From Octopus sinensis (taxonomy: Eukaryota), in the NCBI RefSeq assembly GCF_006345805.1, contig NC_043006.1, positions 41,788,001-41,852,000 on the forward strand: 64,000 nucleotides of DNA, written 5' to 3'. This document shows, in pieces, positions 13,733 through 28,172 of this stretch (position 1 is the stretch's first letter; each line of letters opens with the position of its first letter). Below the pieces are notes generated by a model. It did no database searches and was not told where the DNA came from. It worked only from the letters and a program-made list of their open reading frames with translations. A program made the position numbers and the translations under genes.

Positions 13733-15404
13733 GTAAGTATTCTTATTTGCTGTCTTCCTTCCGCATCATTCACGTCTATGTTTCTAACTCTCAAACCCAG
13801 TGTAGTGACGCAACAGGAAATTATTGGTTCACATAGCATGTTATACTGCCCCAGACTGATACGTTTTCCTTTTCACGTTCCACAAAATCACATTAGCTAT
13901 TTACAGAAATTCAAAGAGAAATTCAAAAATAAATTTTAGACAGATTTATTTTCCTCTTCACCAACAACTTTTTTCAGAAAAAGACATATTTTCGTTTAAT
14001 GCTTAAGATTTATAGAGATTTTAATTCTTATTTGTTTTAATTTTATTTTCCTAAGCCTGTCAATTATATCAAATAATTAATTGATTAATCAAACATCACT
14101 ATTTGAATTTTGTTTTCCTCTATTGTGTATTTTCCATATTTTTACATGACTATAGAAATAATTAATCATTATGTTTTGTTATAAATGTAACAAAAATAAC
14201 GGGGTAATGGCCGACTGAGGAGAAACAAAATGTATTCCGTGTATGACCTCAGGTTATCGGCAATACCGTTAATGACATTAGCAAATGAAACCTTGACTTT
14301 ATAAAGCAATTAATGAATAAAGACCACAACAGCATAGTGCATAAGATCATAGATCTGTATCCCAGATAAGGTAATTAACTCACCAATCTCACCGTATCAA
14401 GTTACGAATTAGCAGCATAACATGGCAGACACTGCCTATATTTAATTCTCTTCATAATCTTAAAAAAAACTATTGTGCGTTTAGATTTTAAAATTCTAAT
14501 CTTGATATTAACGAGGCATAAATGACTCACAGTTTGATTTTTTATTCATTTCTTCTACTAGGTACAAAGATGAAGAATCTTTTGTGGATTCTCCGTTGGT
14601 GTCGACGACGAGAATTCAGTAATTTAACCAACTAAATTCCTACTCATAGAATTAGATTGTTAGCAACTTAACGCTTTGAGCAAACATTCTGGTGATCAAT
14701 TCAATGAAACACCCTATCCAAGATTTCTAAGTTATTAATTAATTAATGTTAGTTAAAATAGTGTTTTCAGCATGACACATTTTATGAAATGGCTCGTGCA
14801 CTGTCATTTAAATAAAAATTTCATCATAATACTTTAAGCCAAAGAAAATAATTAATTTATATCTGACAAAGTTTTTTTATTTGTTAAATAATTAAAACGA
14901 AGATAACTCAGGTGGAAGGTAAATAAAACTAATTACTTGATGATTTAATCTCACCAGTTATTTTCTCTGCTGATTGGAATTTTAATTTGAAAAGAAATGT
15001 AATTGGCATATTATCTTAAGACACAATAAAACCGAAATAGATCTATATATTGTTTTGTCTTCAAGCAGCACTGTCAGGCTTGTATGGAAAGCAAACGGAA
15101 AAGAAATTATAATTGCAGTTCAATATTTCTATCAGCACCCTTTGTCTTTCTGTTGCTCCTCTTTCCTATCATCTTCGTCATTAGCAACATAGACTGCAAA
15201 TACAGCGGCTGCAGGATTATTGCTATCATAATTTATCAGGACAATTCACCCCTTACTTCATCAAACTCTTACGGCTAGTGTACGACGTATCCACACACAT
15301 ATACACACACACTCACTAAACTAAATAGACACTTCTCATTTTATATATGTATATATATATATATGTGTGTGTATATTATATATATATATATATTGTATAT
15401 ATAT

Positions 15405-15541
15405 TGTGTGGTAAGTAGCTTGTTTACCAACCACATGGTTCCGGGTTCAGTCTCACTGCGTGGTACCTTGGGCAAGTGTCTTCTACTATAGCCCCGGGCC
15501 GACCAAAGCCTTGTGAGTGGATTTGGCAGACGGAAACTGAG
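15405..15541 (+). mobile_element. CORE-type SINE 5' half
   Basis: tgtgtggtaagtagcttg..ggttccgggttcag..accttgggcaagtgtcttctactatagc..gacggaaactga matches 18625-18770. Confidence 0.85.
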
Positions 15542-16192
15542 TCTTTCCTATTGTCCGCTGGTCTTTCCGAGCAGTCCTCTTGTCTTTCCAAGATGCCTAA
15601 CCGTCTTTCCGGTTTATCAGTGGTTACCTACCACAAGGTGTTAGATGTCTTGCAAACAACTTACACATACAAGTGCTACCAGTTAAAAGCTCCGTATACC
15701 GGAAGCTAGCAAGTGTATGTGGTCTTCTGTTTCTTGTATAATTTGGAGCCATATACACATGCACAAAACATATTCTAAATCTTATATTGCACCACATTAT
15801 CGTCAAAAGCAAAGTAATTACTACAAGCGTATTCGAGCTATTGAACGCGAAAATGCTCTTCATGCATAGTTTACAATAAATAATGTTGAGAAAGCAAGAT
15901 GAAAGAAATAATTCAACGCGGGTAAAGTAAACATAGAAAGAAAAGTGGGACGCATAAAATGGGTATGCATGATCAGTTGTATATATCCAGAGTGATCACT
16001 ACAAATCTGGTCATAATATCTGTAGGTATTTTAAGAGATATTCCTTTCTATAAAAAATGATCTCGTTCTATAAAAAGTCTCGTTACAGGTGTAATTATGT
16101 ACACACTAATATTTTCATACATGTGTGTGTGTGTGTGTGTGTGAATACGGATGCTATGGTTCTGCGTTCATGAGTATATACACTAATATATA

Positions 16193-16239
<47 letters not shown>

Positions 16240-16253
<14 letters not shown>

Positions 16254-16506
16254 ATTGAGGTAATCAGATCAGATGGTTCATATTTGTAGATATTTATTTA
16301 TATATTACATTTTTTACATATATATCATATCATTCGGATTAGCGCTTGCTCCCATTCTAGTGGGTTTTCAAATCAAATCAGTTGTGGGTAGTTTGAACCT
16401 TTTTATATCCGAATGATATGATATATATGTAAAAAATGTAATATATAAATAAATATCTACAAATATGAACCATCTGATCTGATTACCTCAATTTTTCTAA
16501 TATATA
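16240..16506. repeat. Hairpin with about 100 bp perfect arms and a 67 bp spacer
   Basis: 16240-16339 is the reverse complement of 16407-16506; the left arm abuts a long (TA)n run. Confidence 0.9.
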
Positions 16507-16535
16507 ATACCTGTACATCATCTCCAAACCTTCCG

Positions 16536-16571
<36 letters not shown>

Positions 16572-16592
16572 GTATACATACACACACACACA

Positions 16593-16633
<41 letters not shown>

Positions 16634-16821
16634 TGCGTGTGTGTATGCACAGAAAGACACTTGTAAATATACATATGCATATATATATATATATTTAATA
16701 TTTATATATAATATAGTATATATATGTATATATATATAATATATATATATATATACATATATATGTGTATATATATATATGTGTATATATATGTGTGTAT
16801 ATATATATATGTGTGTATATA

Positions 16822-16870
<49 letters not shown>

Positions 16871-18370
16871 ATATGTATTTATGGATAAAGAGAAACTGAG
16901 TGAGAGAGATGGTGAGAAAGAGGATTGCATAAAGTATTGCTACATTAAACTGTAAATAAGTTGATATAATCTGAAAGTAATTTGTTTATTCTGTTATAAA
17001 TCTCTTTATATCTACTGTAATTTCAATAAACATATTTATGTAATCTACTACTCCCGAACTCACGAAATTTCCCATTTAAAGGACTAATTTATGTGTAAAC
17101 TACAGAAATGTTCTCTCTTATATAAGGAGAATTAGGCAATCGATAAAGTTTCAATCATTAGTTTAAAATATTTAAGTCGTAATTTACTTCAATTTCGTGG
17201 TTTTGTCAGATCGTTTACTATCGAAACTACGAACCTTATTGAAGCCTTTTTGTATGTTGTTATTATTGATAGGCATTAGCATAGCGAACAAGATAGAACG
17301 CACTTTTTATTAAAACCGTTTTCAGCAATAAGATGCTTCTAGTATTCAGAAAGAATTAAAGGGTCCCATGCGTGTGAGACTACGGCTATTAGTGAGTAAA
17401 AGAAACTGGTTTGGTAGAAAATTACCCCAAATATCTTTAGTGTGATACGATATAAAGGTTGCACATAACTGACTATGTCATTACGTTCCAAAACCGGAGT
17501 TATTTGTGTGACCAAACTAGATTGCTATTTACTTGCTGATTGAATTATTTTGATTACTGAATATTAAATAGAATTGGGACAAATTTATTTAGCAGTGATA
17601 AAAGAGAGAAGAGATGACATCGCTTTGCTATTCGAATGTTTTTAATAAGAAAATTCTCCTGCGCGAATAGTTTGGCAACTTATACAAAACTGTGGAGGAA
17701 GAAATACACGAGATCGATGAAAACATTCATTTATAACTCTTGATGAAATAAATGTGAGTGTCGACTGAAATAAATAGAAGAAAAGGAACATTGTAGATGC
17801 AAATACATTACATTGTAATTATTAGGTTTAGTTAGAAGCAGCAAAGATTTCAACTCTCTATTCATGTATTTCAGGCAGAACGTTGCAACTAAAATTGTAT
17901 TAATAAAATGTCCGAATGTAAGCGATACGGTGTCGGCGATGTTGGGTGGTTTTATTGCAGTTTGTGATTTGGGTTACAATCAGGGCGATGTATATAGCCA
18001 TTAGGTATATAGTACGGAATACAGAAATGAAATTAAGTTCACGTTACAAGAACCAGATACTGACTACAGAGCACTTTGTTGTTTTAGATGAACTTCTTTC
18101 TATTTGAGCAAACAGTATCACGATGTGTTATCATCAGCATCAACATCAATTTAAAAGTCACTGCAAATATTTATCAACTTGAATTGAAAATTGTGTTTAT
18201 GTGCGTGCTCAGATACACGCACATCTGCATTCTTCGCACGCTCAAGCATTTAAACACACATATTCCTAAAATATCGTGGCGTTTAAATGCTCTTTAATTA
18301 AAATATACAACACCGTTGTCATTTAGATGTCTGATATAAATACGAAAGCACACTCATAGGTAGATCATCT

Positions 18371-18413
<43 letters not shown>

Positions 18414-18569
18414 TGTGTGTGTGTGCGTGTGCGTATGCATGTATGTGTATACGGAGGAATAAACAGGGAGAGAGAGAGAAAAAGACGTAAATGGCATAAA
18501 TAGAAAACACTCAAAAAGGTTTATACATGCACATACATATACATAAGCAAACACACTCACACACAAATA

Positions 18570-18615
<46 letters not shown>

Positions 18616-18617
<2 letters not shown>

Positions 18618-19040
18618 CGCAGGAGTGGCTGTGTGGTAAGTAGCTTGCTAACCAACCACATGGTTCCGGATTCAGTCCCACTGCGTGGCATCTTGGACAA
18701 GTGTCTTCTGCTATAGCTCCGGGCCGACCAAAATCCTTGTGAGTGGATTTGGTAGACGGAAACTGAAAGAAGCCTCTCGTATATATTTATATATATATAT
18801 GTATGTATGAGTGTGTATGTGTTTGTGTGTCTGTGTTTGTCTCCCTAGCATTGCTTGACAACCGATGCTGATGTGTTTACGTCACCGTCACTTGGCGGTT
18901 CGGCAAAAGAGACCGATAGAATAAGTACTGGGCTTACAAAGAATAAGTCCCGGGGTCGATTTGCTCGACTAAAGGCGGTGCTCCTGCATGGCCGCAGTCA
19001 AATGACTGAAACAAGTAAAAGAGTAAAAGAGTAAAGAGTA
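18616..19040 (+). mobile_element. Full-length CORE-type tRNA-derived SINE with internal microsatellite
   Basis: Pol III A/B-box head (tgtgtggtaag; ggttccggattcagtcc), CORE-like tggcatcttggacaagtgtc, internal (TA)/(TG) run, and a (gtaaaaga)n tail. Many copies in the window. Confidence 0.9.
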
Positions 19041-19440
19041 TATATATACACATACACACATACTACATGTTTCGCGCTCAGATATTTAAAACCAGTTATT
19101 TTCCTCTTTACGAGATCAGCGCCTTTGTGTCACTTTAAATGTATATACTATGACGAAGAACAAGTGGCTGCTATCTCTAGCCAGTGGTTGTTCTGTACCA
19201 ACGAAGGGAAATAACCCAGCCACCATTGGTCTACAGATATTGCTACGGCTAGTTAGGGAGCAATAGACTCCCTTGCTCACAGTTTACAGACAGAGACCAT
19301 GTGTGGGGAGCAAGATGAAAAAGTTATTTCCCAGGACTAAAAAGTAGTAACATCGCCGTACGTAGGACTACCACTTTGCGTTCGTTGGCAATAGAAATTA
19401 TACATACATACATACATAGATACATACATATGTATATGTA

Positions 19441-19524
<84 letters not shown>

Positions 19525-19547
19525 CATATATCTATATATATATATAT

Positions 19548-20545
<998 letters not shown>

Positions 20546-20567
20546 ATATATTATATATATATATATA

Positions 20568-20760
20568 GAGTCATCCTTCAACTATCGTAGGTGATACGTT
20601 CCAAAACCTCCCACAGAATTAGATAAAATCTAAAAAAATTTTAGATACCTTCCGCTCGCATAAACCCTCGATAACCTGAGGCGTCCGTGATATTTACTTA
20701 CATATATTAAGCAGAAAAGTCTGCGATGAACTGAGTGCAATTATATATATATGTGTGTGT

Positions 20761-20805
<45 letters not shown>

Positions 20806-20989
20806 GTCAACCTATCGTGTTTCACATATCGTGCACCAAGAATATCGCATATTTTTCTGGCTAATATATATAAATCTATATCGCACAATGCTTAGTTTAT
20901 CAAGGGCTTATGCGGGTGGAAGGTAATTCAAATTTTTTTAATATTTTATTTAGTTCTGTGGGATGATTTGGAACGTATCTCCCACAATA

Positions 20990-20992
<3 letters not shown>
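20568..20992. mobile_element. Tigger/pogo-like MITE with long imperfect TIRs
   Basis: About 170 bp arms (actatcgtaggtgatacgttccaaaacctcccacagaa... vs reverse complement actattgtgggagatacgttccaaatcatcccacagaa...), flanked by TA runs. Confidence 0.75.
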
Positions 20993-21027
<35 letters not shown>

Positions 21028-21039
21028 TCTTTTATATTT

Positions 21040-21240
21040 TATTTTTTTACCTGCTTCAGACATTTGACTGCGGCCATGCTGAAGCACCGTCTTAAAGAGT
21101 TTTAGTCGAAGAAAGCGAACCCAGGACTTTGTAAGCCTTGTACTATCGGTCTCTTTTGCCGAACAGCTGTGTTACGTAGATATAAACTCAACAGCATCGG
21201 TTGTCAAGCGATGGCGGGAGGACAAACACAGACACACACG
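21040..21240 (-). mobile_element. CORE-type SINE 3' portion
   Basis: Matches the reverse complement of 18830-19030. Confidence 0.8.
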
Positions 21241-21389
21241 CATAAATATATGCATCCATACATAAGCACACACACATATAGGGGGAGAGTGATATGTAGA
21301 CAGGTAGACAGTTACATGCATATATACATACATATATATATATACATATATTATATATCCATATATATATATACACATACATACACACG

Positions 21390-21423
<34 letters not shown>

Positions 21424-21529
21424 CTTTCGATTAGAGGTTATGTTAACCTCATGAAGGGATGGTTTCATTCGAGGAAATAATGGTTCAATACCTAGTATTT
21501 TGAAAGAATTAATTCCTGAAGAATATGTA

Positions 21530-21588
<59 letters not shown>

Positions 21589-21914
21589 ATAGCTTTTATT
21601 CACATAAAAGAAGGAAAAGAAAATGGAGAATCGGAAGTTTATTAATGTTTATTATTAACAGCAACTTAACCATTATCACTTACATTTGTTTCAATTAATA
21701 CTCAGGAAATATTAAGTAAATATTATATTTATATGACCTGAGCATAATATCTTCAGACGGTGAAACATAAACCCTTGGATGTTTTATATGTGTTTATGGA
21801 TTCATTATACCACATTGAATGATATATGTATATATAGGCAATTTATATATATATAGCATGCTGACTACCCGATAAAAATCCAACGTGATTTTTATGCTTA
21901 TATTGTATTATGAA

Positions 21915-21946
<32 letters not shown>

Positions 21947-22144
21947 CGTACATACATACATATATGTATGTATACTACTTTGGGGTGCGTTGTTTGAGAT
22001 TAATAGAACTTGACAAATTGATTTGGTCCCGCAGATTTGAAGTGACCGTGATATTTTTAGTCTTGCAATGCAGGTATCGTTGTCGGAAACGGGGTTCACG
22101 GAGAGACACTTATTTAGTTTGCACTGTGAGTTGTATGAACATAT

Positions 22145-22612
22145 TATTGTATTGTATTGGCATCCTTTCTGTCTCGGGAGACAATGGAGTTGCGCATGAA
22201 TTAGTCTAGTCCGGCTTTTATATTTCATGTCCTGATACATTTCCTGCTGTGGCTGTGTAGTCCTATCCTGGACAAACACTCCCTCTGGCAGGTACCGCAA
22301 ATGTGGCGAAGACTGTTCCTTGCTGGTTGTAGTGCCATAGTCTCTTGTTTACGTCTCTTCCTTTCTTTCCATTTCCCCTCTCTCTCTCTCTGTCACTCCT
22401 TTGTATTCCCTCTTTTACTGTACGTCGCCACTCTCCACGGTTGCCGGCAACTGCCTCCCAACCGCTAATATTGATGTTGCAGGCCTTCATGTCCCTTTTG
22501 CAAACATCCTTGTAACGTAAGATCGGTCTACTCACAGATCTAGTACCCCTAGGAAGCTCTCCGTAGAGTATGTCCTTGGGGATTCTGCCATCTTTCATAC
22601 GGCTAACATGAA
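22145..22612 (-). mobile_element. RTE-clade LINE 3' end with terminal C2H2 zinc finger
   Basis: MKDGRIPKDILYGEL..RPILRYKDVCKRDM..W..VAGNRGEWR; after a frameshift HICGTCQRECLSRIGLHSHSRKC*. 3' UTR ccattgtctcccgagacagaaaggatgccaat is typical of RTE elements. Confidence 0.92.
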
Positions 22613-23145
22613 CATATTATAAACTTCTCATAATGTAGACACCGTGAGTTACTCAAATAGGTATATTTGTACTTGTGTTTTTGTTGCCTTTAAAATGTAT
22701 GACCGTTTCTTTGTGTCCCTGTGTATGTATGTGTGTGTGTCTCGAGTGTGTGTGTTTGAGTGTGTGTAACTTTCTGTATGTTTCTATTTGTATGATAGTA
22801 TTCAGTTTTCAGCTTTTATCTACACATTTTCGATGTGGATATATATGTGTCTCCATGAAAGTAAGTAGAGGTGGGAATGTGCAGCAATGATTGTCTTTAA
22901 ATGGCTGTAACAATTTTTGTTATAATGCCATTATGTGCGCTAGCCTCTCTATGTTTGAATGAATGCGAGTGAGAGAAATTGTAATTGTATGTGTGTATAT
23001 GTGTGTATTTGCGTGTAAATGTGTATGAGTGTCTGGGAGAGTTAAAAAATGTGTTGAAAGGGCGGGGAATATTCGTGACTTTCCGTAATGCTCACAAACA
23101 CTATAAATGTTCAGTTCACAAACGGCTTCCATTATAGAATTCAGA

Positions 23146-23252
23146 CCACGTGACCTACTATGCGCCAAAATTCATAGAAAACACTGGCACGCGTAACTAA
23201 CTCTGCACCAACATCACATAAGACACCTACCACGTGACTTACTCTGCGCCAA
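23146..23252 (+). repeat. Three-copy degenerate 42-bp-period repeat carrying E-box CACGTG
   Basis: ccacgtgacctactatgcgccaa (23146), gcacgcgtaactaactctgcaccaa (23187), ccacgtgacttactctgcgccaa (23230). Confidence 0.75.
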
Positions 23253-23881
23253 GTCTATTTAGCGAAAAGTTTTTGTCTTTGAAACTTGGGATATTCTCTG
23301 CAAGCATTGATTTCCACTTCCATTTACTCCTCTTCATTATTCTGATTCACTTCCATTTCCTTTCCATCTTTTCACCCTCTGGCTATTTATTCTCACTGTA
23401 TTATCTTTTCTTTTCATTTTTTTTCTCTTAGCACAATCTTTTCGTTCATTTCTTATTCGCTCTGTCCTTTGTTTTTACTTTACATTATGTCATTTTCCCG
23501 AGCTTTTTGTTTATGCAAACCACCTTTTATATATCTACATCTAACATATGATTATTTTTAACATGTTTTCTTTTTGTTTTATGTACATACTCATATAGAT
23601 AAAGACAACTGTACACAGACATATAAACCAATTTACATACATATATATGCGCGCGCGTGTGTGTGTATGCGTGCGTACTTGCGTGTGTGCGTGTGCGTTG
23701 CCTTACATAGGATTATGTATATCACTTATATGCAAATGATTAAAAATATCGTTAAAACACTCGTCCTTTAAATAAATAATTTTTATCTCTCAGCAAAAAG
23801 AGTACTTTTTTGTTGAAGTTTCTATCACAAAAACAGGGCATTATATATATATACATACACACACACACACACACCACACAT

Positions 23882-23960
<79 letters not shown>

Positions 23961-24699
23961 GCGCGCGCACACACACCCACACCACACACACAAGCACACA
24001 TACACGCATATATGTGAACCGTAACGCATAGCGCATGAAAGGCTATGAGGTGGTAGAATTGTTAGTACGTGTGCTACGTTGCTGCCACTTCACCGCCATT
24101 CATGTGTTATATGTTACGGTTAATATATATCGATTTGCCATTCAGAACAGCCAGTCATAGGTGCTTAATATCTTTACAGTCATAAATGAGCCCTTGTGGA
24201 CGGTACGGCTCCACTTTCTCATGTTTCAGCACAATGCTATTATTAGAATCCACGCTCCACTCCCCATCACTAACGCACGGCGTTCAAAAATTAACGGTCC
24301 GTGAGAATGTCTATTGGAGTCGATTCCTTCGAGTAAAATTCGAAAACTACAACAACGCGAAGCGACTTGTGTTGTGTTTGTCTGCATAGTCACAGGCAGT
24401 CTACTGACGGAAATAAATATTAGGTATCATATAAAGATATAAGTCAAATTCCTACATTCAGCGAATGGCAAACTGGTGTTTAAGAATTGTTAACCCTTGT
24501 AAGAGCTGAAAAAATGCTATGCGTGCAAACATACTTGGTAAGACGGGGAAATGCTAAAAATCTCGCTATACATAGATGCTTAGGTACTTAGATAGATTTC
24601 GGCGCCAACTGATCCCTGCCGTGTCTAACTTGAAAGCACCACCTAGAGAAAACACTTAATGTTCCATGTTACAGTCATAATTTAGGCACCATAACATAT

Positions 24700-25360
24700 T
24701 CATGTAAACAGCTCTTGTTTGTAGAAATATATCTGGATGTTGGGGGTTTGCCTGGAATTTGATAGAGGAATTTCTCCCCAAACCCTTTGAATGTTGTGAG
24801 ATCTTTTCCCCTTCTGTGTCCTTGTAAGATGTTAAAGAGAATAGAGCAGTGGAAAGGAAATAGTTCTACCGTAATGGTATGATATGAATCGAGCCCAATA
24901 TTTTAGGAGCTTGGTACGGGAAAAGCATAAGGTCACTTTTAAAGTTGATGCCAACATACTTTGGGCAATTTTGGTGGAATATACTCCACATCGTACAAAT
25001 GATATAGTGCTCTGTGTGGCTTGAAGTAATCAAGACCTGTCATGTTCTCTATTTGCGCGAGTGTTTGATTGGTCACTGGCGGGTTTCAAATTTTATATTT
25101 TGTTTTATGTAGGGAGACAATAATGCTGACAACAATATTCAAATTGAGGACATTGCGTGATAGTGAAGAGCAAAATAATGGTCAGGGAATATGTATACAG
25201 CAAAGACTTTACGATCCAGGGGCACGTTTAGCTCGCCATTTCAACGTTGTTGTTTTGTAGGCAGTCCAGCTTCTGTTGAGAGTTACCCCAAAGTCTATGG
25301 CGGTGTTTGCTCTCACGGGTGTTTCGCCCGAAGGCACAATATAGCGTAGCTTTAGTGCGT
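24700..25360 (-). mobile_element. Heavily eroded copy related to the CR1-like LINE at 19.5 kb
   Basis: LKLRYIVPSGETPVRANTAIDFGVTLNRSW aligns with [32 protein letters not shown]; downstream RPQFEYCC. Many stops and frameshifts. Confidence 0.65.
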
Positions 25361-25604
25361 ATGCATGTATATATATGTATGTGTGTGTGTGTGCGAGTGT
25401 GTATGTGTGTACATATAAACAAACATAACTATATACATACAGGCATAAAAAACATATATACATATATACATCAATCTATGTTTGTTTGCCAGAAGCGATA
25501 AATTACAGAGCTCAATTCGTATGTTATAATGTATTACATTTATATATATATAGTGAGAAACGGGAAGAGAGGGAGGGGGGATATAAGTTTGAAGATATAT
25601 AGAT

Positions 25605-25850
25605 ATTGTTGTATTTAGGAATGGTCATTTTGCCAGTTTAGCCAATAAAAACACACGCACTATATATTTGGTGTTACTTTGCTTCAGCGTTATTTATTTT
25701 TTACATTAATCTTAATCTTATTTCGGCCAGTAACACCAAATATATAGTGCCTGTGTTTTTATTGGTTAAACTGGCAAAATGGCCATTCCTAAATACAACA
25801 ATTTCTGTTTCAACACACGATTTCACATAAAAAATCTTGCAAAACAAATA
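25605..25850. mobile_element. Palindromic dispersed repeat (MITE-like), short copy
   Basis: 74 bp arms 25605-25678 / 25729-25802 with 3 mismatches, plus a right extension shared with the copy at 59411-59885. Confidence 0.85.
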
Positions 25851-26282
25851 TACAGATATATAGATAAATGCATCTATATAGATGGATACATATCCAGACA
25901 CATTGAGAGGCTAACAGAGAGATCATTTTATACCTACACGCATATATTTATAGGTAGCTATATTCATGATACAAACGCGTTCGAACACCCACAAAAATGA
26001 GAACACACAGTCACACACTCACACATGTAACTGCATGTATTTCTTATTAAGCTGCTTCGCTGAAAAGTATTACAATACTTCGATATATGAGTAGTAGATA
26101 TACGTCTCCCATTTTCTCAAAATAAAAGAATTTTTAATGTTGTAGCGGTGTGAATCCCCTTAACTATAGCTCGGTTCAAGAGACAAAGGAAACCTTCATA
26201 AAACATATTTGTATATACGTAAATATGTATATGTATATGTACATATATACGCGTGTGTCCATGTGTCTGTGTGTATACATAC

Positions 26283-26506
26283 TCTTTTACACTTTTACTT
26301 GTTTCAGTCATTTGACTAAGGCCATGCTGGAGCACCGCCTTTAGTCGAGCAAATCGACCCCAGGACTTATTCTTTGTAAGCCTAGTACTTATTCTATCGA
26401 ACTCTTAGGCCGAACCGCTAAGTTACGGGGACGTAAAGACACCAGATTCGGTTGACATGTTGGGGGGGGGGGGACAAACACAGACACACACAAACACATA
26501 AATATA

Positions 26507-26541
<35 letters not shown>

Positions 26542-26705
26542 ACGACGGGCTTCTTTTAATTTTCGTCTAGTAAATCCACTCACAAGGATTTGGTCGGCCG
26601 GAGGTTATAGTAGAAGACACTTACCCAAAGTGCCACACAGTGGCACTGAACCCGGAACCATGTGGCTGGTAAGCAAGCTACTTACCACACATCCACTCCA
26701 ACGCC
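26283..26705 (-). mobile_element. Full-length CORE-type SINE
   Basis: Reverse-complement match to 18616-19040. Confidence 0.9.
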
Positions 26706-26754
26706 TATATTATCATATTTATGCATACATTTGTGCGTAAGTCTACGTATGTAT

Positions 26755-26945
26755 AGTGGGAGAATTCACGAAAAAAAAACAAAAGCCAAAAACAGGTGGT
26801 GTAGAAAACAAACAGATGTATTAGTATAACGCTCAGGAATTGAAAAGTCTTTAACGTTTCGAGCCTACGCTCTTCCACAGAAAGGAACACAGAAATAATC
26901 AAGGATAGAATAAAAATGTGTGTAGTGGCTACCAATCTCTCATGG
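26755..26945 (-). mobile_element. Short hammerhead-like repeat (Penelope pLTR-type); core CUGUGGA at 26849-26884
   Basis: Minus strand cttt-CTGTGGA-A-GAGC-gtag-GCTC-GAAAC-GTT-aaag; same family as 50475-50622. Confidence 0.75.
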
Positions 26946-27440
26946 CGAATGTATGATATATATACGTGTGTATTATATATATATATATTATATATATATA
27001 TATATTTATTCGCCTGTTGTATTTATATGGCAATGTCGTACTGTTCCATTGATCTCTAGTTTACTAGGTTTTCTTTGTAACACATCAAATCATAAACCAG
27101 TTGGAGTATTTTTAAATCCAATGCGTCTAGTACACAGAAACTCATAAACACTACAGTGTTTTCTCTCTCTCTGTATATATATATATATATATGTATACAT
27201 GTATGTATGTATGTACGTATGTATGTACGTATAAACGTATGTTCCCGCCTATATACGTCTTTACGTACGTACCAACGTATGTATGCAATATATATGTATT
27301 TATGTATGCATGTATGTATATACATTATATACATATATGCATTCAAAATGTTTATAAAATATTGTTATATATTATAAATATTGCATATGTGTGTGTATAA
27401 ATAAATGCATATATATGTGTGTGTGTATGTATGTATGTAC

Positions 27441-27478
<38 letters not shown>

Positions 27479-28029
27479 TTACATAGATACATATAAACAT
27501 ACATACATATATATAATGGCCGTGTATGTATGTATTTACATATGTACCTGTTTGTGTAGATACGAGTATATATGTTTCCGTATTGTTTTGAATGTTTATA
27601 TATATCTGGCGTCTGTGCCAGTTCATCTGTTTGTTTTGCTACGTGTTGTGTATCTGTATGCTCATATTATTTATATCATAGAAGTTTGCAGCATATTCCA
27701 CAATGTCGGATATCTCATAAACGTGTTGTAAGTTTTATGCTGAATATATGCAAAAGTTTATTCACGTAACGGCGTGCTGTGTATGAACGTTGTTGATAAC
27801 TACATGTATGTTTTTATTGTTTCTATAATATACGGGATATCGTTCGATAAAATCAACTTTAATTAGTCTTCCATTTCATTTAAAGGGAAATTCAAAAGAA
27901 TGTAATTGGAAATGAAATCAACCAATATGGTAATTTTCTTTATAGCCAACAAGACGGTTTTTTCCGTTTATTTCTTCCATGTTTGTTATTGTTCAGCATT
28001 CTTTTGTTTTATTGGCTTCCTTCTGATTT

Positions 28030-28119
28030 TTATATCTTCATCATCGTCATCATGATCATGATCACCATCATCATCATTGTTGTTGTTATGTTAGTTCTTA
28101 TAGTTGTTGATACTGTTAC

Positions 28120-28152
<33 letters not shown>

Positions 28153-28172
28153 CATTATTCTTATTATTACTT
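28030..28172. repeat. (ATC)n/(GTT)n/(ATT)n trinucleotide tract
   Basis: Directly visible. Confidence 0.9.

Noticed and set aside
19060-19135. Minus-strand GCGCT..AGCGC-GAAAC-AT-GTA half-hammerhead
   Set aside because: The upstream core (gtgacacaaa) needs two changes to fit and helix I does not form; at best a decayed relic.
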